Assembly (NCBI GenBank): GCA_951406725.2
Contig: OX597829.1
Span: 57,164,001 to 57,228,000, forward strand
Direction: 5' to 3'
DNA length: 64,000 bases
DNA from: Octopus vulgaris
Lineage: Eukaryota
Shown here: positions 38,900-51,289 of the stretch, one piece after another
Layout of the letters: every line of letters begins with the position of its first letter
How positions within the stretch are numbered: position 1 is the stretch's first letter
The notes under the pieces: model-generated
What the model was told of the DNA's origin: nothing
The model's input: the letters and a program-made list of their open reading frames with translations, nothing else
Databases searched by the model: none
Program-made: the position numbers and the translations under genes

Positions 38900-40130
38900 T
38901 GTGCACTTCTTTCTTTCTTTCCTCAGCCTCCACTATCACATTAACCAGTACAATAAACACCTCCGTCTATTTTTAGAAACTTGCTCAATATATCTTATTG
39001 TTCTTTCATTCCTTTTTGACGTTTACTACTCACTTTAGTAACCACCCCTGTACCATTGTCTGTACCTATCCCTCTATCTTAGTGTCTTTCAAACATATCA
39101 CCCCACCTCCCACTCCTCACACATATTCATTCCTTACATTCCTATCCCTCCCCTACTCCCCTCCCACCCCTCATAATATCTTGACCACCAACTAACATTC
39201 CTTTTTTTCTTCCTCTTCCTTTCTTTCTTTCTTCTTTCCTCACCTATTCCTTTAAACCATTCTCCTTATATTAGCCTACACATCTTTTCTCTCCTCTCTA
39301 TCTACTTAATATTACCACTACATTTTCAAAATTTCATTCACACGAACTCTACATCTCCACACTTTCCATTTGTAAGGACAAAATATGAACTCCTATTGGA
39401 ATTTACATACCATTGACAAGAAGCATTTCTACCCATTCTACACAGCACATTCCTTGGACAATGGAATTTCAGCTGTAACATCCTATATATATTTTAATTT
39501 TTACTTCTATTCTCTTATTTCCTGAAGTATGCCGACAGTTAGAAAAAAAAAAGCAGTGAACTTAATATTTTATTTGCTTATGATTGAACGAGCTCTGAAA
39601 ACAATATACATACCTTAATTCATACTTATTCAGTAAGATACAAACATACACTATCAATATTCTGCACAAGTCCATATACTCAAACAAACGAAGAGTCTAC
39701 ATATTTAAACAAATGAACCAATACATTCACCTAATTAATATTGAATTCACTCATTTTGACTTTCCATTTAATATTCTAATGACACTTTATTATAATCTAA
39801 ATGCACAAAGTCAGATGAAACGGGTTCAAATTCCACGATGGCTATTTTAGGTAATCAAATGGCTGTATCTGAGAACTATAAAATACGTCAGAAAGACTTT
39901 CTACAAATTACATAAAATCACATTTTCCTTCATACTTATTATTTCCATCCTTTTCCAAAATAACTCCTTATATTGAACTCTACTCTTCCCCTCTATTTAA
40001 CTCTCTCACATCGTCTCAGATGAAGCGATATCCCTAATATCCCAGAAACAGCTGTAAGACTAACTTTCTCTTTATAAATGTCCTGAAAATTTCACACAGC
40101 CTTGGCTTTGTTTTTGCATTTTACTTAACA
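38900..40130 (+). mobile_element. Non-coding PLE tail or pseudo-LTR with hammerhead motif(s)
   Basis: C/T/A-skewed strand like the other PLE tails; hammerhead at 40013-40060; weaker relics at ~39520-39605 and ~39775-39830. Confidence 0.55.
40013..40060 (+). ncRNA. Type I hammerhead motif with U4A core substitution
   Basis: GTCT-CAGATGA-A-GCGATAT(CCCTA)ATATCCC-A-GAAA-C(AGCT)GTA-AGAC. Stem I GTCT/AGAC; palindromic stem III ACAGCTGT. Confidence 0.75.
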
Positions 40131-40227
40131 TGCACATCCTCATACAAGACTCGCATTAGACTCCTCAGTCGTATCATTATCGAACCGAGAGTCTAACTAC
40201 TGTCCTTCCAGAGTACTTACATAGCCT

Positions 40228-40370
40228 TAGGTGCAGGAGTGGCTGTGTGGTAAGAAGCTTGCTTCTCAACCACTTGGTTCCGAGTTCAGTACCACTCTGT
40301 GGCACCTTGGGCAAATGTCCTCAAGCTGACCAAAGTCTTGTGAGTGGATTTGGTAGATGGAAACTATATA
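40228..40370 (+). mobile_element. CORE-type tRNA SINE (5' part)
   Basis: A and B boxes plus GTGGCACCTTGGGCAAATGTC. Confidence 0.85.
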
Positions 40371-40389
40371 TGTGTATATATAGTGTAGG

Positions 40390-42650
40390 TATCAGTTAGA
40401 GGAGTTTAACACCTCTAAGGGATAATTAAGTCCAAAGTCGCTCTGTAAAGTTGTACGGTAGCAGATGGTTTGGTTGGTAGACTGTACTTTAGGTTATATA
40501 GAAGAAAATGGATGTAATAACAAGGGGAAACTCGTTGTTTTTGCTGGTGTGCCTTTAATTTAATTAGATAACAAAGAAGAAGGTAGCATTTACGATCGTT
40601 TCGATTTACCAGTTTTAGTAAATCTCTTCAGAATACCAAAATACATACATCGGTTAGGATGCAAAAATAATTGATACATATGTGATGGTAATAGAAGCAA
40701 AGATAGTAAGTCTTACATTAAATTTTGTTCTTGCACTGGTAATTTTGCTGGGGAGAGGTTTCATTGTAATAGACTGGTTAGTTTCGTTGGGCAATTTGAG
40801 CGGGGTGAATATTATTTTGGTGTGGGGTTCCAAGTTTAACTAAGCACATTTTTTCGCACGTGTGTATTAAATTTGTTTTTAGTCCACAGTGGGTTTAGTC
40901 ACATGCGGTGTAAGTGAAGGGTGGGTAGGTAACTCTAACTTAGGGTGGAAAGGGAGCTAACTCATACCAATTTTTATTAGACTAGGTAGGGTGGTTTAGA
41001 ATTGTATTATGGCTAGGAGTTATATTATTACTAGAGTTTAAGAAGTTTTTAGTGCTAGAAGGGGCCCTGTGTAAGTGCAAAGTAAATTATGGAATGTGGA
41101 GGCGAGTGGGTTTGCGGAGTCACTATTTGTGTGTAAGTGTTAAAGGTGGTTCCCAGCTAATTAGACTTATATAGATGACTATTGAAGTTTGGGATTATGA
41201 AAGACATAGGGGCCTACTTGAAGACAAAAGGGGCTATTCTACTGGTATTTTGAAAATACATAAAGGCCCACATAAAGACAAAAAATGTCGTTCTCAAATT
41301 TTCTGTTCAGGAGGGGTTGTTTAGCCATAAGTATAGCTGGCGTTCTGATAGACAAAGATCGCGGCGTCAATTGGCGGCGTTGTAGGAAGTTGTTTTTGCA
41401 GGTATATCCCAGTTTAAACTATAATCTATTTTTTTTATCCTTAAGTTACCAAAAGTATGTACTTAGTCCCTTTGAGTTGGCCTTACTCCTATTTCTGAAG
41501 CTCGATTGGTGCACGTTGTATCTAAGACTCAATTGGTTCTTGGTGGCGCCTATGATTTCGTTTGGTTATTTGTGTGCAAGTCACATTGGTAAACTGCGTT
41601 ATTTTTCTTGCATCTATATGAGAACTGGCACTTTGTTCTATCCCTGCAACCACATAGGTAATTAGGTCTATCTTCCTTAGTGTTGTATTGTGAAGGGCAA
41701 TTATTATTCAGGTCTGCGTCTAAGTTAGCAGGGGGCACCACGTCAGTGGTGGGCTTAGTTCTATTAGTTGGTTGGCTTTTATTTTTATTGTTCACAATCT
41801 TTCTAGTTTCATAGAAGTTGTCTGTTTTTATTATTCATTGAGGCTATTATTGTGGCTAAGTCATTTGTCAGACTGTGGCCTATTCTGATTCTATTCTTAC
41901 ATAATTCTGCGTATTTATCATTAACGTTTAGGTGTTTGTCTATGATTTTCATTAATGAGCGAACTGTGTTTGATTTGAGGTGCATAGGGGATTACGAGTC
42001 AAATATTATCACTATTTTGTTTATCTTTTTGTGTTGTTTTTTCTAGTATAGAACCCTCCTTGTTTGTGATTCGTGTGAAGTTATGGTTGTATGTATCTTG
42101 GTTGTATTCATAGTTAGGTTTCACTTTCGTGTAACTTTCGTCTGTCCATTGGTGTTATGATCGTACGGTCCATGTGGGTTCAAGGGCCTGGTTTTCTTGC
42201 TATTAATAGAGTTCATATTAGTTCGATGGGTGACCTTAGTTTTATTGATACCGATGTATAAGTTTATACTACTATTTTTGTAGCTAGTGTTATTTTGGGG
42301 CTTATTTGCGTACTTTGTGTTATTAGTTTTGTTAATCTGATTTAATATCACTTTGTCGGTATTAGTGCTTTTGTTGTTGTTCGTGGTTCGTGGTTCGTGT
42401 TTGGGTCTCGGCGTTGTTCATTTTGATGCTGTTTCTATTGGGGTTACCCGTAATGGTCTTATTGTGGGTGTAGTTTGTGGTGGTGCATGGTATGTGGTTG
42501 ATGTTAGTGGTATTAGTGAGTGGGTTCCTGTTATTTGGGCTACTTGTAGGGTGATTAGGGGTCAAGATATTTGGTTTCTTGTTTAAATCCAGCTTTCCGT
42601 AGTGTGGAGATTTCTTTATGTGTGTTAAAGATATCTATGCTGGAAGAGAG
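40390..42650 (-). mobile_element. 5'-truncated Penelope-like element (N/T-rich linker, GIY-YIG, pseudo-LTR)
   Basis: ORF 41550-41795 CGCRDRTKCQFSYRCKKNNAVYQC, then frameshifted IGA...RYNVHQSSFR...LSTYFW.LK...LNWDI. Hammerhead in the 3' region. Confidence 0.85.
40586..40636 (-). ncRNA. Intact minimal type I hammerhead ribozyme
   Basis: GUAUU-CUGAAGA-GAUUUAC(UAAAACUG)GUAAAUC-GAAA-C(GAUC)GUA^AAUGC. All core nucleotides and three stems present. Confidence 0.92.
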
Positions 42651-42805
42651 GCGCGCACATAGAACACATGCACACACGCACATACACACACACGCACATA
42701 TACACACACGCACATACATACACGTACACACATATACACACGTACATACACACACACACTAGCACATGTTCGCACATATACCTCCAACACACACAATTAC
42801 ACATA

Positions 42806-44170
42806 GAGTTGCGGCCAAAATGTTCAGAACGGCATTGTCAGAAAAGTAGATATAATTTTTTATCAAAGTTGTTTTATATTCTATAATTTTCACAGATAAT
42901 AAATACGATATTATTTGTTATTGCCTGAGATTTTGGTGTAATTTGAGAGGATAATACAAAAGTTATGGATGATTTAGTGATTTGCTGCAAAACCCATAGC
43001 GGCCAAAATGATCAGAATGGTTGCTTTTACTCCGTGTTTTAGTATATTTAACCGGCGAACTCTAATGTTTTGAATTTGTTTACGTGACGGTTCGTTTACT
43101 AAACATTAGTAAGAATATTTGCAGTGTAATTTGTTAATATAATGCCACTTACTCCGTTACCAATTCGTCAGCAGATTATTAAGCTTCGAAGGAAGGATAA
43201 TTTAAGTATTGGGTCTATTGCAAAGATTGTTAACAAGTCAAAAAGTGTTGGACACGGTATTCTTAAGGTCTACGATGATTGTGGTTCGTGTGAAGCAAGA
43301 AAGTTTACAGGTAGGCCAAGAAAAACGACCAAGAGAGAAGATCGTGATATGGCAAAGTTGGTTAAAAAGGACAGATTGAAAACTGCTGCTGCTGTTTCTC
43401 GGAAAATGAGCATTGTATTGAAGAAAACTTTATCTCGAAAAACTGTGTCTCGTCGTTTAGTTGAACATGACCTACAAGCAAGAGCACCTGCAGTGAAGCC
43501 ACTGATCAGCTCCAAAAATAAAAACTGTCGTCTTACCTTTGCAACCGAACATGTGTTGTGGTCTCAAGAAAAATGGCAAACGGTGCATTTCAGTGATGAA
43601 TCTAAGTCTATGTTATTTGGCTCAGATGGGAAAAGGTACGTTCGTCGAAAAGCGGGTGAAAAATTGTTGCCTAAATGCCTTAAGACTAGTGTTAAATTCG
43701 GTGGAGGAAGTGTCATGGTTTGGGGGATGATATCTGGAGATGGTGTGGGCCCTTTGGTGCGATTACATGGAAAGTTAAATGCAGAAGTTTATAAACAACT
43801 TGTAAAAGATCATGTCTTGCCTGTGCTGAGAAATTCAACTAAGCGACCACCCATATTCATGCAGGACAATGCCCAATGTCACAAGGCTAAGGTGGTCATG
43901 AACTTCCTCAAGGCTGAAAAGGTTATTGTTATGGATTGGCCTGCTCAAAGCCCAGATCACAATCCTATTGAAAATGTGTGGAATATTCTAGGAGAACGTT
44001 CGAAAGCCAGAAATCCTAAAACAACCGAGCAATTATGGAATGCCCTTCAGGAAGAATGGAATAAGATCGCCCAACAAGAAATTGAAAATTTAATTTCCCC
44101 ATGCAGTCAAAGATGTCAGAGTGTGATTGAAGCTAAAGGGCTTCACACTAAATATTAAATAATTCCAGTA
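42806..44170 (+). mobile_element. IR/DR-type Tc1 element lacking its right terminus
   Basis: TA at 42804-42805; outer DR GCGGCCAAAATGTTCAGAACGG (42811) and inner DR GCGGCCAAAATGATCAGAATGG (42999); no inverted copy after the ORF. Confidence 0.9.
43142..44158 (+). CDS. Tc1-family DD34E transposase, 338 aa, uninterrupted
   Basis: Bipartite HTH, GRPRK, FSDESK, QDNAQCH, WPAQSPDHNPIE (34 residues between D and E) and C-terminal GLHTKY. Confidence 0.95.
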   Translation: MPLTPLPIRQQIIKLRRKDNLSIGSIAKIVNKSKSVGHGILKVYDDCGSCEARKFTGRPRKTTKREDRDMAKLVKKDRLKTAAAVSRKMSIVLKKTLSRKTVSRRLVEHDLQARAPAVKPLISSKNKNCRLTFATEHVLWSQEKWQTVHFSDESKSMLFGSDGKRYVRRKAGEKLLPKCLKTSVKFGGGSVMVWGMISGDGVGPLVRLHGKLNAEVYKQLVKDHVLPVLRNSTKRPPIFMQDNAQCHKAKVVMNFLKAEKVIVMDWPAQSPDHNPIENVWNILGERSKARNPKTTEQLWNALQEEWNKIAQQEIENLISPCSQRCQSVIEAKGLHTKY

Positions 44171-44179
44171 TTCTCGGTC

Positions 44180-45089
44180 ACACACAACTACACGCACATA
44201 CACATGTGCACGCGCACACACGCACATGCATACACACGCAAAAAACGCACCTATACCCCCTACACAACCCCTCGTTCACACACACATACACATGCACACA
44301 CACAAAATACACACACATGTACACACGGTCATACACTCACACACACATGTATATATACACGCGCACACATACACACACATGCACACGCAAATGAACCCAC
44401 ACATACTTCCCATACACACACAGCACACACTCATACATACACGCACACAATTATACATACATGTACACACACACGCACACATACACATCCCCACGCATAC
44501 ACACATATACACACAAACACACACATACATACACACACACTGCAAACAAAACACATACACGCACACACACATACTTCAAACTACCAGTACCTTCCGCTGA
44601 CCATTCTCCTACGCACATGTGTAGGTAGACACACAACAAGCAGCCACTCCTACCAAAATTCTTACTATAAATTCTTCCTATGACCTTAAACGATACTAAG
44701 CCCAACCACACACATAGATAAACAACCACAACCACACACACACGTGCTATCATTACACACACACACACACACACACACAGACCTGCGTGCATGCACATAC
44801 CCATACATACATACATATACCTCCTTCTCTTGCACTCTCCTGTCTTTGAAAGAACTTTTTCTTCACCCATTCCCTTCCGGTCATTTCAATATGTGACCGC
44901 GTGTGTGTCGTGGGCGATTTTCTTTCTCTGTATTCCGTTCCTTGGACCTTTCCTTTTTCTCTGTTTCTGACGAAGATCTCCACTCGAAACGTTAAATCCA
45001 CCTTCTTTATTTCCTTTCCTGAGCGTCCAGTAACACAATACTTGTTCTACATCCTCGTGTTGTTCTGTTTTCTCTTTGTTCATGTTTGG

Positions 45090-45092
<3 letters not shown>
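44180..45092 (+). mobile_element. CA-rich PLE tail or pseudo-LTR (continues from 42660-42803, split by the Tc1), ending at (TA)n
   Basis: Same layout as 37250-37850: CA-rich tract, hammerhead, T-rich tail, (TA)n. Confidence 0.65.
44963..44997 (+). ncRNA. Minimal PLE-type hammerhead motif, core intact, stem II damaged
   Basis: GTTT-CTGACGA-A-GATC(TCC)ACTC-GAAA-CGTT-AAAT; palindromic AACGTT. Confidence 0.75.
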
Positions 45093-45144
<52 letters not shown>

Positions 45145-45360
45145 ATGAAGCATTAGTCATGTACAGAGCAGTAATAAAAAAAAAATGGATAACAAAGGAA
45201 TAAATGCTTATTGTATAAACTTCATTGATTTACAGCTGTTGAGTTATATTGATCAGCAGAGGTCCAGCCATAGTGACTCTGAATACCTGGTGTTAGAACT
45301 CAATTTACATATGCTGCAGAGCAAATGCATCAGTCAAGTGCTGAGCAGTAGTAAGAAAGG

Positions 45361-45582
45361 AACCTTTTAGCATTCAAATAAGCCAAATCTGGCCCAAATA
45401 TCCTGTTCTATGCTCAAACTGGCCAGATTTGGCTTCGTATATCTGCTCTACAATACCATACCAAAAATATGCAATCACATCATAAAAATGCCAAAGCTTT
45501 GAGATAATGCATGATTAATTCAAAACAATGTGAATCAATAAAAATTACATTTGGCAGAATAATCTGAATGCTAAAGGGTTAA
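45361..45582. mobile_element. piggyBac-like MITE
   Basis: TIR AACCTTTTAGCATTCA / TGAATGCTAAAGGGTT with TTAA on the right side. Confidence 0.75.
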
Positions 45583-47952
45583 AATGCCAGAGGAATAAGA
45601 AATTATGTCGTGGACTTGAGATTAGCATACAGCTCTTTCTGTTAAAAAATGCAAGGCACTTATAGCTGGATGCTTGGGTCACACCCTATAGCTTCATCAG
45701 AGCTTCAAATATATATGTGTAGCAGATGTGCAGGAACAATATGCATTCAGGACACATGAGAATTAGACTCTCACAAATGCCCAGGAGGCTCTCTTGAGGT
45801 AGTAGATAGTTTCTGCTATTCAGGTGACCAAATTAGTAATGGTGGTGGATGTTCTGAAAGTATTGTTTCTAGAATAAGAATAGGATGGAGGAAGTTCAAA
45901 GAACTACTACCTCTGTTGGCAGCAAAAGGACTCTCTCTCTCTCTCTCTCCGAGTGAAAGGTAGATTGTGTGACGCTTGCAGTGTTGTCAACTTAAAATCA
46001 AAATTTTATGCTAAATTTCAGTAGAAAAAATACCAAAAAAATGCTAAAGACTAATTATATCAAAAAGCTTAATTTTTACCAACATTTTTATTTACTTTCT
46101 TTAATTCTATTCAGCATTGAGAAATAATTTCTAGAATTTCACTGATTTGATCCCTTCCAGCTGCAGTTCCTAGGTCTTGACTTCTGTATATATTCAAGGT
46201 CCCAATCTTGTTAATTATGTGTTTTGGAATATCAAAGTTTTTGCAATATTTGCCATATCTTTTCAGGCCGTATTTTATAGACAGTATTGATCTAAGCATA
46301 GGAAGATACATTTTGTTTTTCAATTTTGATTAGATTACACCCATACTACTGAACAACCATTCAACTTCTGCATTTGAGTTTGGCAATGTCAATAGATTAA
46401 TGGCAAAATTTGCAACATCTCTAAAAGAATTTCCTCCAGTAGCATCTTTATATTCCAAGACTTCCAGCCAGAATGCCTCAGTATTTGACATATTTGTCCA
46501 TTTATCTAAATGAATGCTATTTCAATTGAAGCAATTTTTTCTTCATCTAAATGCATTGCTTCTGAGATAGGCAAGATTGGCTCTTTGAAATGCTGCAAAA
46601 TATTCTCCACTGAAAAAACATTTGATATTCCTCATTATATTAATATTTTCTGGTAAACGGTGCTTGAGCTCTTTATAAAGGCAGAGTAAAAATTGTTGTT
46701 CCCTTTTGCGAATATTATTTTCTTCGGTGGCTGTTACAGTCTTCTTGATAATCATTTCTGCTATCTTTCACTCAAACCTGTAGCCTAAATTTAGTTTAGA
46801 ATCCAGAAATGTTTCAATAGAAGCATCAGGATCAAGAGGATCAATTCTACCTGTTGGCAACACTATCATATTAGCAACAGATTTGATCAAATTTGAAAGA
46901 TCTTCAAGTAATTTTGTTTTGTTGACAGTGTTTGATTCAAACAGTTTATTCACTTCTTGAACACGTTTTAAAATTAGATGCAAAAATAAAAGGTAAAGTT
47001 CATTCTTAGAATCACAAAACATTTCATGTAACGTTTGTGTTGGAAAGCCTTTTTCTTTGTAGTTGTAGTTTGGAAGTGAGTTTGCAATTCAAACCATTGG
47101 CCTAAAATTCTATTTACTGCTGGTTCTATTGACATCCACCTAGTTGTACAAGAATTCGCAATCTTCAAAGGCTCTTTACCATTGATAGCAAGGTAAAGTT
47201 GTTCGTAGGTACTTTGTCTTGTTGAAGAATGAGAGGACCATTTATAGGTTTCGGATACTAAATATTCTAAATTTATGGGCAAGCATTCAGCACAAGTGTG
47301 GGATACTGCCAACCGTAAAGAATGACATACCCTCCTAAATAGAAGTAATGATGGAACTTCTTTTAATTTCTGGAAAACACCATTGTTGATTCCTATCATT
47401 ATTATAGCATTGTCGGTTCCTTTAGCCAGTAAATTTTTTATATCTAATTTCTTTTTCGCTAATTCAATTTTTAAGGCATCTACAATGCCATCTGCATCAC
47501 ATGTTTCTAAAGATACCATCCTGAGATATGTATGTACCACTTTTTTGTGAGTGTCACTATAATATATGATAACAATTCCTAACAACTTGTTTATCGATTT
47601 CATTTGGATTCATCTAATAACAGGCTAAATTTTCTATCTCCTATATCAGAAATTAAATCTCCATCAAAATATGGCACTAAAACATTTCTCACGATATTTG
47701 CACATTTTGTATGATGCAACATCACTTTGGACATGATATCACTAACATATAATTCTTACATAACTTTATTAAGTGATCACAGTTTATTAAATGATGAATG
47801 GCAACAAATGAAAATTGCTAAATTTGCTTCAAGCATAGATGTCTTATCAGTTTTGGTTTTAACAAAATTGGTAAGAGGAATCATTTGCTGTGGAGTTGAT
47901 GCCTTATGTTTGTTTGCTTCACAGTGGTTTACTAAAAGAGAATATTTTGCCA

Positions 47953-48865
47953 ACTACTCCTACCGGTGACAAAGGGTCTCTTGCTCAGAGTGAAAGGTAG
48001 ATTGTACGACGCATGTGTGCGAACTGCCATGCTTCATGGTAGTGAAACATGGGCTGTGACTGTGGAGGACATGTGTAGGCTTGAAAGAAATGAAGCTAGC
48101 ATGATCTGCTGGATGTGTAATGTCAGTGTGCACACATGACAGAGTGTAAGCACCCTGAGAGAAATGTTGGACATAAGAAGCATCGGATGTGGCATGCAAG
48201 AGAGACGTCTGTGCTGGTATGGTCATGTACTACGGATGGATGAGGAGAGATGTGTGAAGAAGTGCCACTCCCAAACAGTTGAAAGAATCCGGGGGAGAGG
48301 TAGACCCAGGAAGACATGGGATGAGGTGGTCAAGCATGACCTTCGAACGTTGGGTCTCACAGAGGCAATGACGAAAGACTGAGACCTCTGGAGATATGCT
48401 GTGACTGTGAAAACCAGACAAATAACATGAGTTCATGGCTGTTTCCTGCTTCACATAGCATCCCCAGCCCATCCAAAGTACCTTGGATCACAGGATGGCC
48501 TGCTGTGCTTACCTTGGATCGTAGGGTGACCTGCTGTGCTTGAGAAGACCTATTGGGTCAAGTACATCAACAACAAATAAAAATCAAATGGAAATTGTAG
48601 TTGTGATACCTGTGCTGGTGGCACGTAAAAAGCACCATCCGAACGTGGCTGCTGCCAGCCTCCCCTGGCACCTGTGCTGGTGGCACATAAAAAGCACCCA
48701 CTTCACTCACGGAGTGGTTGTCGTTAGGAAGAGCATCCAGCTGTAGAAACACTGCCAGATCAGACTGGAGCCTGGTGCAGCCTCCTGGCTTATCAAATCC
48801 TGGTCGAACCATCCAACCCATGCTAGCATGGAAAACGGACGTTAAACGATGATGATGATGATGAT
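47953..48865 (+). mobile_element. Younger RTE LINE 3' fragment inserted in the hAT transposase
   Basis: HGSETW..RRLCWYGHVLRM..GRGRPRKTW, then a 3' UTR ending GTTAAAC(GAT)n. Confidence 0.92.
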
Positions 48866-49360
48866 TACATCTACAATATCTGCAAAGTGCTTTAGATTGG
48901 TCACTAGGTACTTCACACAACCACTTAGTAAACGCTGGCATCTTAAGCCATTCCTTTCGGAATTTTTGCTGGTATAATTTGTTTTTTCTTAGCTCATTAT
49001 AATGTAGTGGGAAGAAAGAAATAAATTGAATGATTAATAAAAATATATAAAATTGAAAACACAACTTGTCAGTTTGCCACTAACAATTCTTTCATTCGTC
49101 ATTAACAATTCTTATGTTTTGCTGCTTACAAATTCTTGGGGTGAAGAATCCAGGATGCAGGGTGGCCAACTTATAAATGGAAAAGGAAAATCTGCAGAAA
49201 TCCTAAAACTGTGTTCTGATATAAACCTGGGAACATCATATTTCGCTTCCAATCTTACATTTAATATCTATTGGTAAAACCACAAATATAACTACAATAC
49301 TTGAAAAAAAAAGTAAGTAGAAATATAAATGGGGAGACCCATCCATTCCCGTACTTCTAT

Positions 49361-49580
49361 ATCATCATCATCATCATTGTTTAACGTCCGCTTTCCATGC
49401 TAGCATGGGTTGGACGATTTTGACCGAGGGCTGGTGAACCAGATGGCTGCACCAGGCTCCAATCTCGATCTGGCAGAGTTTCTACAGCAGGATGCCCTTC
49501 CTAATGCCAACCATTCCGAGAGTGTAGTGGGTGCTTTTTACATGCCACCGGCACGGAGCCAGTCTGGCGGCACTGGTGCC
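49361..49580 (-). mobile_element. RTE 3'-tail fragment
   Basis: Reverse complement of ~48670-48865. Confidence 0.88.
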
Positions 49581-51289
49581 AGTAATACAAGATATATAAT
49601 CCAAAACAAGCATGAAAAAACACAGACTGAAAGTAAGTCAGTCAACCTGTCATGATAAAAACTCATCACTACAGAATAAAGCATTGTTAGGACGAATTTC
49701 CATGCTTTCATTCTTAGCAACATATTTACATTATTGTGTAGTGAGTTCAGATGCTGACATGAGTTATCTTCTCCCACTCCCCCCACGAGCACCACTCTGT
49801 ATTGAACGGGTGGAGAGGGTTGGAAAAGTTCATAACTTGATAAACTTTCATTTGAAGTTTCAAGAAAGCAAAAGAAAAATTCAACAACAGCCGAGAGAAC
49901 TAAAATTTGGCAAATAAGATACACTAACGAAAGTAGAAAAGAAGTAAAAAGGTAGAAATGTCATGATCAGAGAAAAATGCTAAAAAAAATGTTGAATAAA
50001 ATTTTAAACCTGCTATTTTCCCTGCTAAATGCTAGATTCAAAAATTTTCTGCTAAATGCTGAAAAAAAAAAATTCCTAGATTTAGCATAAAATATGCTAA
50101 ACTGGCAACCCAGGATGCTTGTCTATGAATGGCTATATTCCATGGTAGTGAGACATGGGCTCTGAATGCAGAAGATATGCTTAGACTGGAGAGGAATGAA
50201 GGCAGTGTGCTCTGCTAGATGTGCAACATTAATGCACATGTAAGAGAGTGCAAACATATTGAGAGAAAAGCTGGGCATAGGAGGAATCAACTGTAGAATG
50301 CAAGAGAGAAGACCATGTTGGTTTGGAGATGTGATGCATATGAATGAGGACAGGTGTATAAAGAAGTGTCAATTGCTGGAAGTGGATTGCCCCTGTGGAA
50401 GAAGGAGACCCAGGAAGACATGGTATGAAGTGGTGAGGACTGATCTCAGGATGTTGGGCCTCACAGAGGGGATGACAACGGACCAAGATGTCTGGTAATA
50501 TGTGGTTTTTGAAAAGTCTTGCCCATCTCAGAAAAACTGAGTTCTGTGTGTTCCACCCACATGCAACAATGAAACAACAAATTCCACTCACTCCACCCCA
50601 ATAAACCACACTACATCTCCTCCTATTCACATTTCCTTTTTCATGCCCCATGCTTATCTCTCCCTCCCCCACTGCATCATTGCTATCCTGTTGTCTCCCC
50701 TTCTTCAATAAAGCCAGGTTTCACCAGTCACTGCATCTCCCACTCTGCATTCATGTGAACTCTCTACTCATGTACCCTTGGCAATACTCTACCATTTATA
50801 TTCTGATCCCCATACCTTGAGGGTATACCCTAGCACTTCACCACCATCTCTCTTTGTCTCTCTCTCTCTCCTTCCTTCTGACTGAGTAACCATGTATTTC
50901 CTCTACAGCCTGACCCCTGTTTCTGCCAATCTGTTTATATTTTAACCTCTCCTCACCAGGCACAAAGCCCCCCCCCCATCCAATGCCCTTTGTCTTGCAA
51001 GTTACTTGGTGACCCCTACCAGTGCTGGTGCATCCAATCCACACTGTAAAGAAGGGCTTCCAGCTGTAAAACCTTGCCAAACACAGGCATCGCTGGTGTC
51101 CTGTTAAAAGCATTCAGTCCACTCTGTAAGGTGGTTGGTGTTAGGAAGGACATCCAACAATGCTGTATGACTTAAAGTGTTCTTCTCTTTCGGATTTATG
51201 ATTTAATGATTAGATGTGTATATATATATATCATAATCATCATCATTTATATGTATATATATATGCACACACACACACATTATAAATAA

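Larger units (their letters stand above)
45979..50113 (-). mobile_element. Full-length decayed hAT transposon (ZNF862/KIAA1586-like transposase) with 8-bp TSD
   Basis: TSD GACGCTTG / GATGCTTG; TIRs CAGTGTTGTCAACTTA / CTGGGTTGCCAGTTTA. Motifs YQQKFRKEW..W..CRYC, GTDNA..MIG, VCHSL, TTRWMS and LPNSNAEVE.LFS; frameshifted. Confidence 0.92.
45600..50560 (+). mobile_element. RTE LINE 3' fragment split by a hAT insertion (45600-45978 and 50114-50560)
   Basis: LEVVDSFCY.GDQ..GGGCSESIVSRIRIGWRKFKELLPLL, resuming with HGSETW..REKLGI..WFGDVMHM..RPRKTW. Confidence 0.88.

Noticed and set aside
46111-49064. Domesticated ZNF862/KIAA1586-like host gene
   Set aside because: Frameshifts, an RTE insertion, and retained TIRs and TSD mark it as a dead transposon.
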